A DNA stretch of 64,000 bases, taken from the NCBI RefSeq assembly GCF_009914755.1, contig NC_060941.1, one strand, 5' to 3'. A model generated the notes under the pieces. It was not told the origin of the DNA, did no database searches, and saw only the letters and a list, made by a program, of their open reading frames with translations. Numbering within the stretch: position 1 is the stretch's first letter; each line of letters begins with the position of its first letter. Below are positions 15,690 to 30,712 of this stretch, one piece after another. A program made the position numbers and the translations under genes. This DNA comes from the human T2T-CHM13v2.0 reference genome, Homo sapiens.

Positions 15690-16794
15690 CTTTCCATTTT
15701 ACAGATAAAAGCCTGAGAGGCTCACAGAGCCTCGGGGACTTGCCCAGGGGCGTTCAGCTGGGATTAAAACCTGATCTGACTCCAAAGCACAGGCTCCTAA
15801 GCAATCCCCAGCCTGCTTGTCGGGGTCTGTCCCAAAACACTAGGTCAGTGCAGCTTTCGCTGGGCAGAGAAGGATGTCCTACACGCTCCATCCCCTTGAG
15901 CCTGCCTTTCTGTCACTGCCTGAACTCAGGCCCCTCTTCTCTCTCAAGCTATACCTTTCCAATAGCCCGCTTCCTGGCCTTCCTGTCTCCAGACTTACTT
16001 CTGGTACAGCAAGATTGCTTCACCGAGATGGTGCTTTCATGACTTCATTCCTCTCCTCAAGAACCTCCCTTAGCTCCCTAGTACTGGCAGGATCAAGTCT
16101 AGACTCTTCAGCCCAGCAGAGCCCTTTAGCCACAGGCTCCTAGCCAAGGCAAACCTGTCTCTTCCAGATCCACTGGCCTTGCACATCCTAGCGTCACCCG
16201 TTGGTTCATGCAGTTCCTCTGGCCTAGATCGCTCTTCCGGCTCCTCTCCCTAAAATTTGGAAACTCATTTCATTGGCTTCTCCAACCCTGTGTATTCACT
16301 CTCTTCCCTGCACGCTTGGTTGACTCTGAATGAGACCCCTGTGGAGGCCCCCAGAGATGAAGGCCTAAATCCTGCTTGTACACAAGGGGAAACTGAGGCC
16401 CAGGGAAAGGAAAGGACTCAAGCAGGGACATGGAGCCAGGGAGGCTGAGGCAGAGCTTCGGCGGGAACCCCCGGCCCAGGCATGTGCTGCTCTTTGTGAG
16501 TTGATGGCTTTCCTCAACACACAAATGAGTCTGGGTCCTCTGGGTCCTTTGACTGCTGGGTCCTCTGCTGGGCTAGGACCAGGACAGTCTCCTCAAAAGC
16601 CAGGGACTGACCTTAGGGCAGCCTGGCCTCAGGGGGTCTAACCCTGCCCTGAGGAAGGGTCTTGCTCCAGAAAAATGAAGAGTTTGAGCCACTGTTCAGG
16701 AGATAGTTCCAGGCTGGAGTTTGGGAGGGCTGGGGGGCAGCGGGGAGGGGCAGGAGGCCTGGGCTCTGCCCCCTTGTTATCCTAGCTTAATTCA

Positions 16795-17424
<630 letters not shown>

Positions 17425-18454
17425 ATTTCAAGGACCCAGCATGCCCCAGGCATGGCACCATGTTCTTGGAGACATGGTCCTTGTTCTCCCCATGGCCACA
17501 CCTGAGAAAGAAGCAAGCCGTTCATCCCAGAAAACCACACGCAGCAACAGATCGCAGTGTGGTCAGAGCTGCCTTGAGAACATGACAGGCGGTGGAGGGC
17601 GGATGTCACCCAGTCAGGGAGATCGGGAGGCTTTCTGGAGGAAGGGATACTTCTGAAATCTGAAGGCACAGGGGAGGGAACGGTGTCGCAGGCTGAGGGA
17701 ACAGACTCTGCAAGCTTGACCTGGCTGTGATGTCTTGGAGGTGCCTGCCCGCCTCTGGGCCTGAGCCCCCTGACCGTCATGTCAGTGGTGAAGGGGAAGT
17801 GGCGGGGGCAGCGTCTTCCCGCAGAGAGAACAGAAAACAGTGGCGGGGTTGCCCTGCTGCTGCCCCACTTTGGTTTGTAAATTGGTTTGAGTCAAAATGC
17901 AAACAGCCTTGCAGGCTTGGGAACCTCACCTTCCTCTTCTTCGGGGTCACCTGGGCCTGGTGGACAGGTGTCCCAGGTGTTCTAAAGACCTGCTGCTGAG
18001 CAGCGAGTCACCTGTTTGTTCGTCTTATCTGATGTCATCTGAGCATCGGGTCTGCTGTTTTAAGCCCCCACCCCAGCTCCCTATTTGACAGCCTTCCCTC
18101 AGGGGAGGGGCAGGGGAGGACCTTGGCTCCCAGCTGTTCAGGGTGGGCGACACCCCCCTATTATCTTGCCCGGACCCCAAGTTCTTTTGTTGTCGTCTTT
18201 TGGGCTTCGGGACCCCTGTGTGAGTCTCTGATGCACCCCATCCATCCTCCTGGGCCTAGACCCCCCTGGCCTGGAGCCACCTCACACCTGGCTCCTCCAG
18301 CCTCTCTCTGTGCTCTATGATGGGTCCTCCTAGGAGCCTCGAGACTCCCACCCTCCCACCTCATCAGCTCTGCCCTCTCAGCCACCATCCAGCCCTCAAG
18401 ACTTTCCCTTCAGGTGCCGACCCCACCCTCACCACTTCCTGCCTCCCATGAGAC

Positions 18455-19070
18455 CCACATTGAGCCATATCCAGCCCCTGCACACAGTAGGGGGGCCACA
18501 CTGAGACACATCCAGCTCCTGCACACAGTAGGTAGGGGGCCACACTGAGCCACATCCAGCTCCTGCACACAGTAGGGGGTCCACACTGACACACATCCAG
18601 CCCCAGCACACAGTAGGGGGTCCACACTGAGACATATCCAGCCCCAGCACACAGTAGGTAGGGGGCCACACTGAGCCACATCCAGCTCCTGCACACAGTA
18701 GGGGGTCCACACTGAGACACATCCAGCTCCTGCACACAGTAGGTAGGGGGCCACACTGAGCCACATCCAGCTCCTGCACACAGTAGGGGGTCCACACTGA
18801 CACACATCCAGCCCCTGCACCAGTAGGGGGTCCACAGTGAGACACATCCCGCTCTTGCACATAGTAGGTAGGGGGCACACTGAGACACATCCAGCCCCTG
18901 CACACAGTAGGGGCCACACTGAGACACATCCAGACCCTGCACACAGTAGGGGCCACACTGAGACACATCCAGACCCTGCACACAGTAGCGGCCACGCTGA
19001 GCCACATCCAGCCCCTGCACACAGTAGTGGGGGCCACACTGAGCCACATTCAGCTCCTGCACACAGTAGG
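18455..19070. repeat. Minisatellite, ~15 copies of a 38-44 bp unit CACACTGAG(A/C)CACATCCAGC(T/C)CCTGCACACAGTAGG(TAGG)GGG(T)C
   Basis: Units read directly; lengths alternate with presence or absence of a TAGG insertion. Confidence 0.95.
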
Positions 19071-20484
19071 AAGTTTCTAGCTCTGGGTCTTTGCCCATGC
19101 CCTTCTGTCTGCTCGTAACACCTATCTCTCAGCTGGCTAATTCCTACCCATCCTAAAGGACTGTAAGCCCCTCAATCCCTGAGGCCAATAGGGCTCCCTC
19201 CCACTCCCTCCTGGTCGACCCGCCGAGTACCCTGCACCTGGTCCTCTGGGTGTTCACTGTCCGCCCTGCTCCCCTCTCTGGCAGCCACCTCACCCAACTC
19301 GATGCTGCTCCCGGGAGGTGTCAGGGGTGTTTGTTGAATGACTAAGTTAGGTGGGAACACTCTGGAGCCTCTTTCTGGGAGTGGAGCACACTCTGGTCTT
19401 CTGGGGCCCAGGGAAGTGGGGATGTGTGGTCAGCAGGACCGAGCAGGCACCCAGGGCCCCCAACCAGCCCAGGACACTTGGACTGTTGCATTTTGGCCCA
19501 AGGGGACCCGCCTCCTGCCCTCTTGCCTCCATCTCTACAGGAACACCCTGCACAGAGCGGGGCAGGGGATCCGGGGCCAGGCAGCTCACTCCTGCGCTCC
19601 TTGAGGCAACTTCCTGTCCTCTCCCCGTTATCTCCCCAACCAGACCGAGGAGAGGAAGCTGTCCTCTCCCTCCCAGCGGCAGACGGAGACACCCCTGGAC
19701 CTCAGGAAGAGGGGGCCAGCCGTGTGAGGTTGGGCCTGCTCCTTCGGGGCCTGCCTTCTCCCTCTGCTGCTCCCACCCCTCCCCAGGCAGCCCTGCTGCT
19801 ACCCTCCTGCTCACGTGCCTTCAGTGACTCCCTCTGTCACCTAGTTCAGATCAATTCCGCAGCTTGGCCTGAAGTCCATCTCGCCAGCCTCATCTCACGC
19901 TCCTGCTCCCACATCCACTCCCAGCACCTTAGAGTTCCTCCCATTGAACTGTTTTGCTCTATACTGCTCCCAGCCCTTTTCCATGTCTGTTGTTACCCAT
20001 CCTGGGAAACTTCTTCTTCTCATCTGTACATGTCTAAACCCTCAGCATTCTTCAAAGCCCGGCTTCAATGCTGCCTTCTCCAAGAAGTCCCCCTGGATCT
20101 CTCAGGAGCCAGTGGCCTGTGCCTCCTGAGCAGCCATCAGCTTGTGTGCTCCTAATTGTCATCCACAGCACCCACACTGTGTGTCTGTCCAGAATAGGCG
20201 CTGTATCCGAGTCATCATGAGGTCTCTACAGTCCAGCCCACTGCACGAAGGTCATTGTAAAGTTGCTCTCTAGGGTGGGGATGTCCTGGGGGCAGAAGCC
20301 GTGGTGTCTGTGGCACACACCGCTCCATCTCAGTTCGTGGCACCCAGTCTGGCATTTACTGGACTCTCAAAGACATTGATTGGTTAAATGAAGGCGGTTC
20401 TAGCCAATGCAATAAGACAAGAAAAAGAAGCAGGGTGCAAATACTAGAAAGTGAAAGAAGGGATGAGCATACCCACATCCATAA

Positions 20485-21178
<694 letters not shown>

Positions 21179-23286
21179 ACGGACAGGGGTTTAAGTCTCA
21201 GAGAGGGGCTGGGATTTGCCGATGCCACACAGTAGGTTGGGCTCTCCCTGGCTCTGTACTACCTTCTTCCCTGCCACAGTGTCGGGCACAAATACATAGT
21301 GCCAGTCTTGTGCTGCACCTACCAGCAGGGGAGAGGGCTCCAGCTGTCCTAGCCCAAGCCTGACCAGTCTGCCTGCACGGCCTCAGCTGGAAGTGGGTTG
21401 TTAGTGCATAAGACACAAAATCCCTGTTTGCCTTGTAAATTGTTACACCCCACCGAGCTTGCAAGCCTTAAGGCACAACTGGAAAAGGCATTTTGAGATC
21501 TGGGACTTGCTCCCTGGTATGGGGAAGAGGCTGTTGGCTTGGGGGTGCCTGAGGGCAAGTCGTCAGGCCCTGAACCTGGAGGGCCAGCCTGACTCCTGTG
21601 TGCAGGGGCTGGGGGGTGGGGCTGCGGCTTCACCTCAGGGGGTGCTCCCAGGCCTGGGGCTGGGTTAGGGTGGCTGGGCAAGTCCTCACGCTGGGCTGGG
21701 TTCTCCCGGGTACCACCCTAGCTGTGGGAGTCTGGGAACACCCCTTCCCCTCTGAACGCAGGGTCGCTGTGAAGTGGGGGTGGGACAGCGTCTGGAGGTT
21801 GCAGGGTCCCCGGCCGCGAGGATAAAGCGGCAGGAGACCGGGGCCCTGGCCTTGGCTCTCAGGCTCTATTTGTAGGTGCACAGCGTTCCCTGCCCCCACT
21901 GCCTGTAGTCCTGGTTTCCATAACAACCCTGGACTGTTCTTGACCCCTGAGGCTCAGCTGTTCTGACTTTCCCTCCTGGATGCCCTTCTGGGTCTTCTCG
22001 TTCGGCAGTGCCAGGTCTCCGCCCTGGTGTTCCCTGCGTGGGCAGCCAGCCCAGCTCCCTGGGGATATCCTGTCATTGTGGCCCAGAGCCTAGGCCCGGC
22101 GTCTGCCAGGTCAGGCCTAAGCGCTCTGGGTTCTTTCCAGGTCCTCAGATGGGGCCCGGGAACCCAGAGAGGTGGAGGAAGTTGGCAGCGGCACCCAGAT
22201 CCCCAGCGTGGCAGGGCTGGGCACTATGTCCAAACCACCTGACGCCTGGGCTGCAGCCAACCTCTGCGGCAGACGCACAGGTGGGGCTCTCGGATCCATA
22301 GCTGGGCCTGTGGGTGACCTTGGCATGCCCTCTATCTCTCTACGCTGACTCCCTGAAGCCATAACTTACGGCACACCCAGCGCAGGCCCAGTGGACCCAG
22401 GGGATCTGCAGGGCAGGTGAGCGTGGTCATTCCCAGAGTGGCTATTGGGTGCTGGGAGTTGCTGGGCCTCGAGGTGCTGTCTGGACACAGTGGGGGCTCA
22501 GGGTGGGAGGGAGCTTCAGTTAGGCTCTGTCCCCTGGCTTCCAAAAACCAGACTCCAGGAAAATGTTCAAATTTGCAAGTTGGCGTCCACGTGTCTTTAA
22601 TTCCCTGGACCCACATCCCCTCATTTGCATACCCAAATCAGCCCACGCCCTCCTGGGTCAGCCCACCCCAAAAGCAGCACTTCCAAAGGCAGCTGCTGGG
22701 GCCGATGGAAGGATGGGACCAGGAGAGGGTCTGCCCTTGGCCCTCGCAGCCCTCTCCACTGTGAGGGTGTCAAGTAACCGTGGTTCACACGAACTGCATC
22801 CTGGCTGATGGAGGCACGGGGCTAAGTGCATTGCTTCATCCTCAGAAGCAGCCTCAGAGTGGTGCTATTACACCCAGTGAAACAAGGGCCACACGACCAG
22901 TATATGGGACAGCAGAGATTTCCTGCAGGTCATGTGGCCCCAGAGCCCAGGCTCGTAACCTCTGTGCTGGACAGAAAGAGTGCTGGAGTTTTTGTCCCTG
23001 GTCGCCAGGCAGTGCAAGTTCTAACTCAAAGCCCCTGCTCCCGAGCACTGAGTTAGACAGTCCTGAAGATGGGCCTGGAGCCTCTTTGGCCCCCAACATG
23101 CCCTCAGTACCCTCTCCAAGGTCCCCGAGGTACCTGCCAGTCACCCTCGGCTAGGTTAAGGACTCCACCTGAGAAGTCCGTTGGCTTCAGTCTTAGCTCT
23201 ACTGCGTGACCTTAGAGGAGTGGCTCCACCTCTCTGAACCTCAGTTTTCTCACTGTGAAGTGGGAAGCACGGTGGTCCCAGTCCTA

Positions 23287-23675
<389 letters not shown>

Positions 23676-24569
23676 TCACAGTGCCCACCTTTTTCTTGCA
23701 TCCACTTCCAGGGACCCAGCCTGTTTCGGGCCTCTGTTCCCCAGGACACTCCCGCTCTGATCAGACTGTCTGTGACCTGAGCAGGAAGCTAGCCAAAGGC
23801 AATACCCACCCAGATCCTGGAGGCAAGAGGCCAACAGGCGGGAACAAAGATTTTTCCATGGTTCCACTGTTAATGAGGAACTGACACACTCCAGGGCCTC
23901 AACTGGTCTTTCACCCTCCTCTCCTTCCCCAAATTTCCATCATTGGTGATATTTACATTGGAATTATGCCCAGGACTTCAGGAACCCAGCATGGGTAAGT
24001 GGAAAACAATGCAAAAGAAAAGAGGCGTATTTTTAAAGGCAGTGTTGGCAAGTTTAAACTCTTGGTTTTAAAGCATATTACAAAACAGTGAGCATCAGAA
24101 CCAAATGGTTATGTGTTTAAATCAATTCAGCAGGGCTTCTGTCAATTGCAAGGCACTGCTGAAGTGCAAAGATGAAGATAATGATGAAGATGAAGAGAGG
24201 GAAGAACCTCTCTTCCCTCAAGAGGTTCACAGTCTGAGGTGGTATATAAGCAGCAGGTACCTAGTCATGTGTGGTAGCTAAGAGCACCCTCTATGGGGAC
24301 AGATCTCGGATGAGATCCTTGCCAGTTATGAGCTGTGTGATCTTGGGCAAGTTACAAAGTATCTGTGAGTCTCAGTTTCATCATCTGTAAAATGGAAAGA
24401 ATAATAGGCCTCACCTCAGTGGGCTTTGTGAGTTTGAGAAGATACATGGCAGCGGTAGCTGGCTGCCCAACAGAGATGACAGCCCTTTTGCTAATGGAAG
24501 CCTGAATTTGCTCCAGGTAGCAAAAGTGCCAGGCCCGGTGCATGAATCATGAGTGGGCTAACCCATTGA

Positions 24570-24905
24570 CAGCGATGCCCTTCTCTTTGCTGGATACTGG
24601 CTTTCCCAGCATCCCTGGCAGCTAAGGGTGGTCATGTGACCCACCTCTGGCCAATGAGTTATAAGAGGAAGTCTGCTGAGCTTCCTGAATAAAATACAGA
24701 GGAGGAAGCCTTTGCTTTCCCTACTCCCTGCCTGTGATGAGCTTATGATGCTGGAATTGCAGCAGCTGTTTTGTGCCCATGAGGCCTCCATCTTGAGGAT
24801 GTAAAACCCAACAATGAGGACGGCGGAGCAGGAAGATGGGGGCATTGCTGAGCTGCAGAGTAGCCCGAGATGACTAACTCCCAGACTTCTTGTTCTGAGA
24901 GATTA
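24570..24905 (+). mobile_element. LTR16-like ERVL LTR fragment
   Basis: gcagctaagggtggtcatgtgaccc...ggccaatgag and atgctggaattgcagcagctgttttgtgcccatgag motifs. Confidence 0.5.
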
Positions 24906-24907
24906 TC

Positions 24908-25420
<513 letters not shown>

Positions 25421-26202
25421 TCAAAGCAATTGGGTTCTTGGTGGTCTGCTCCTTCCAGCTGAATTCACCGGAGTGCGATAGGCCCTCAGCACCATGCTTG
25501 GCACATGGGAAATGCTCACTAAATGCCAGCTGTGGCATCATAGAGAGGTCTCAGCATAGTCGCCTTTATCTCTATGCTCAGTAGGTAGAGAAGAAGCGAG
25601 GAGAGAAGAGTCTGAGGGGTGGGTGACTCCACCTGCCGTCTCCCTCCGTGGGTGGGTGTGATGGAGTCATGGTTCCGCTGTCCCTTCATCCCTCAGGACC
25701 TCGGAGGGTAGAGACGGCTTTGGGTGTAGGATCCACTGGGGAAACCAAAACCTGCCAGGCCCAGCGAGGCTGGTGCAACCGGCAGGTGCCGGCATCGTGC
25801 CCTTACCTCTTCCTGGAGGTTTCAAGGGTAATTCTGCGCATTCCCGGGCCTCATGCTGCGACTCTGGAGTGGTGGAAGGAACACAGCTTGGTGTCGTGTT
25901 TGAATCAGAATTGCCAGAGGTGCTCATTTCCCCAGCTGGATGGAGCAGCTGGAGGAGAGCTGGCAGATGGAGGGGCTGACCCCACGCCAGAGGTTTCTCA
26001 CTGAGAACAAAGAAAGGAAAAGGGAGAAACACAGCTCACTTACAGCCTCAGTGATTAATTAGTCTTCATTTATGAACGAACACCGTTTGCTACAAGGAAC
26101 CCTCCTGTGACTTCATTCAATGTTCTAGCCCAGAGTTAACACAGGCTTGGGAGGGAGAGGACGTCTCAGGAGCTGGCAGCGTTCATATGAAATGTCAGTG
26201 GA

Positions 26203-26501
26203 GGTCAGGTGCCGTGGCTTATGCCTGGAATCCCAGCATTTTGGGAGGCCGAGGCAGGCGGATCACCTGAGGTCAGGAGTTCAAGACCAGCCTGGCCAAC
26301 ATGGTGAAACCCTGTCTGTACTAAAAATACAAAAATTAGCCAGGTGTGGTGGTGGGTGTCTGTAATCCCAGCTACTCGGGAGTCTGAGGCAGGAGAATTG
26401 CTTGAACCTGGGAGGCAGAGGTTTCAGGGAGCCAAGATCGCGCCACCGCACTCCAGCCTGGGTGACAGAGTGAGAACCTGTCGTTAAAAAAAAAAAAAAA
26501 A
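26203..26501 (+). mobile_element. Alu
   Basis: Full-length; TSD aatgtcagtggag. Confidence 0.95.
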
Positions 26502-28246
26502 TGTCAGTGGAGATGGGGCAGGAATGGAACTTACAGTCAAGGATGGAACTCCCTGAGAGGAACACATTCTTGGCCCCTAAGCCTTTCTTTGTAGCTTCCT
26601 GGGTTGCAAATATTCCATACTTGTGTTTTGTTATGTTTTGTTTTGTTTTGTTTTGTTTCAAGGAGGTAGAGCTGTTTAGAGGCGGAAGTGAGGAGCACAG
26701 GCCCTGCTCTGCATTTGCCTACCTGAGCAACGGGAATAAAGCCGGACTCCGCCTCCCCTGGTGCTGTGTGGCTTCGCGGGCCGAGGCGCTCAGCACTGAG
26801 CCCAGGGCCTGTTGGTGAAAAACGCGTCGCTCCAGGCGTCCTAAGCGCCAGTGATGTAGCTCTGCGCTCATGCACGGAAAGGCACCTGAGAGCGCGGACG
26901 AGGAATGGGAGGGCCTTGAGCCGTCTCGCCCTGTCTGTGAGGTGCTAATGGACCCAGTGTGCAATGCATCAGACATCTCGGGAGACAGAGAGAGGAATCG
27001 CCCAATCCGTCACCCTGGAGAGCTGTCAGGAAAGAGAGTGTGGCTCTGCCCCTCCCCCTGTGAATGACACAAGGGTAGACCCCAGGGTGTTTGACCTGGA
27101 AAGGGCCTCTGAGTCACCTCCTCCAACCTCCACCTTGTGCAGGTGGGAGATGAGGTCCGGGGAGGCTGAGGGGCTTCCCAAGTTGACATGCGGGGAGAAG
27201 GAGAGAGGAGAAGACTCAGCACTGAAGAGACAGGGAGTGCTTCAGGAAGGAGGCCAGTGAGGGCGAGTGAAGACAACACACACTTGTGTGATGACATTTT
27301 CTACAGTAAACACCCAGGGAAAAGCCACAGCATAGGGACCACAAGGGACAGGGGTGCTGCTGCGGCGGCCACACCTTGCTCACCTACGGTGACACCGGGA
27401 CCTGGCACCAGTTCAAGCAGCGCCCACAGCGGAGGAGCAACCTGGACCCCAGGTGCCCCGGCCGCGGGCTGCGGCTCAGGATAGGAAAGGATCTCCCTCT
27501 CGATAAAAGAAGTAGACAGGCCGGGCGCGGCGGCTCACGAGAGGCCTGTGGTGGTTCACACTGTTTTAGGGGGACCCTTCTGCCCAGGGGAAACCTTCCC
27601 CAGAGAATCAAGGAGCTGCTGTGGCCGAGACAGCCGCACACGGAGCCTCCTGGGTAGACAGAGCCTGCCTTTCCAGCTGCGGAGCCCCGGCCATTCCTTG
27701 CCCTCTCTGGCCTTAGTGACCCTATTAATACAGCTGGGGCTGCACAAGGAGGGTCTCACCAGCCCTTTGAGTCCACTCACTCTAGGGCCTCAGAAATCCC
27801 CCCTGGCTGCACCTCTGGCCTCCTCAAGGGCTGCCGGGAACGCCAGGACCCCTGGGGCCACAGCCCCTCCCCTGCTTCCAGCCTCCATGCCTCCACCCAG
27901 CCTCCACCCACAGGCCGCCAGCAGCTCTCCTGGTTCACCCTTGGCCCTTTGTGTTTACTGAAGGCCTATGTGAGGGGTGAGTTGGGGAGGCCAGCAGGAA
28001 GCTGACCACACTCCTGGGATCTGCCAGAGAAAAAGAAGCCCCTTCAGGTCCAGCAGAGGCTGAGCTTGACGTGGTGGACGAGTCGGGTCTCTTTCCATTG
28101 CAAGGGGGCAGAAGCCTGATTCAAATGGGCTGAAGCACAAGGGGAAAATCGTCGGCTCATTTCACTGAAAAGTCCAGGGGATGGATGGCTTCAGGAAAGG
28201 CAGGATCAAGGGCTCACAAGTGACATCTTTAAGAATTCACCTCTCA

Positions 28247-29972
<1,726 letters not shown>

Positions 29973-30061
29973 TAAATAAAGGTGTCCTTCATCACAGGTC
30001 CTTGGTAAGGGAGTACTGGCTGTGTGTCATAAGCTTTATCTACTGAATCTTCTCTGATTCT

Positions 30062-30712
30062 GATGCCTCCTATGTGCTAACACCTCCCATGTGCTCATCC
30101 CATTCATGCGCTCATCCTTTCTATGTGCTCATCCCTCCCAAGTGCTAAGACCTCCCATGCGCTCATCCCTCCCATGTGCTCATCCCTTCCAAGCACTCAT
30201 CCCTCCCAAGTGCTAACACCTCCCATGCACTCATCCCTCCCATGTGCTCATCCCTCCCATGTGCTCATCCCTCTCTTGCGCTCATCCCTCCCATGCGCTC
30301 ATCCCTCCCATGCGCTCATCCCTCCCATGCGCTCATCCCTCTCTTGTGCTCATCCCTCTCTTGCGCTCATCCCTCCCTTGCGCTCATCCCTCCCATGCGC
30401 TCATCCCTCCCATGCGCTCATCCCTCCCTTGCGCTCATCCCTCCCATGCGCTCATCCCTCCCAAGCGCTCATCCCTCCCATGCGCTCATCCCTCTCTTGC
30501 GCTCATCCCTCCCAAGCGCTCATCCCTCCCTTGCGCTCATCCCTCTCTTGCGCTCATCCCTCCCATGCGCTCATCCCTCCCAAGCGCTCATCCCTCCCTT
30601 GCGCTCATCCCTCTCTTGCGCTCATCCCTCCCATGCGCGCATCCCTCCCATGCGCTCATCCCTCCCTTGCGCTCATCGCTCCCATGCGCTCATCCCTCCC
30701 ATGCACTCATGC
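30062..30712. repeat. Minisatellite, ~38 copies of 17-bp ATGCGCTCATCCCTCCC
   Basis: Read directly. The 17-aa (51-nt) periodicity of the ORF translations confirms a 17-nt unit. Confidence 0.95.

Noticed and set aside
18455-19070. CRISPR-like array
   Set aside because: Units abut with no unique spacers; mammalian context; no cas genes.
18364-19098. Cys-rich ORFs open in all three minus frames (keratin-associated or metallothionein-like look)
   Set aside because: Artefact of a repeat unit lacking stop codons on that strand; the frame drifts between units.
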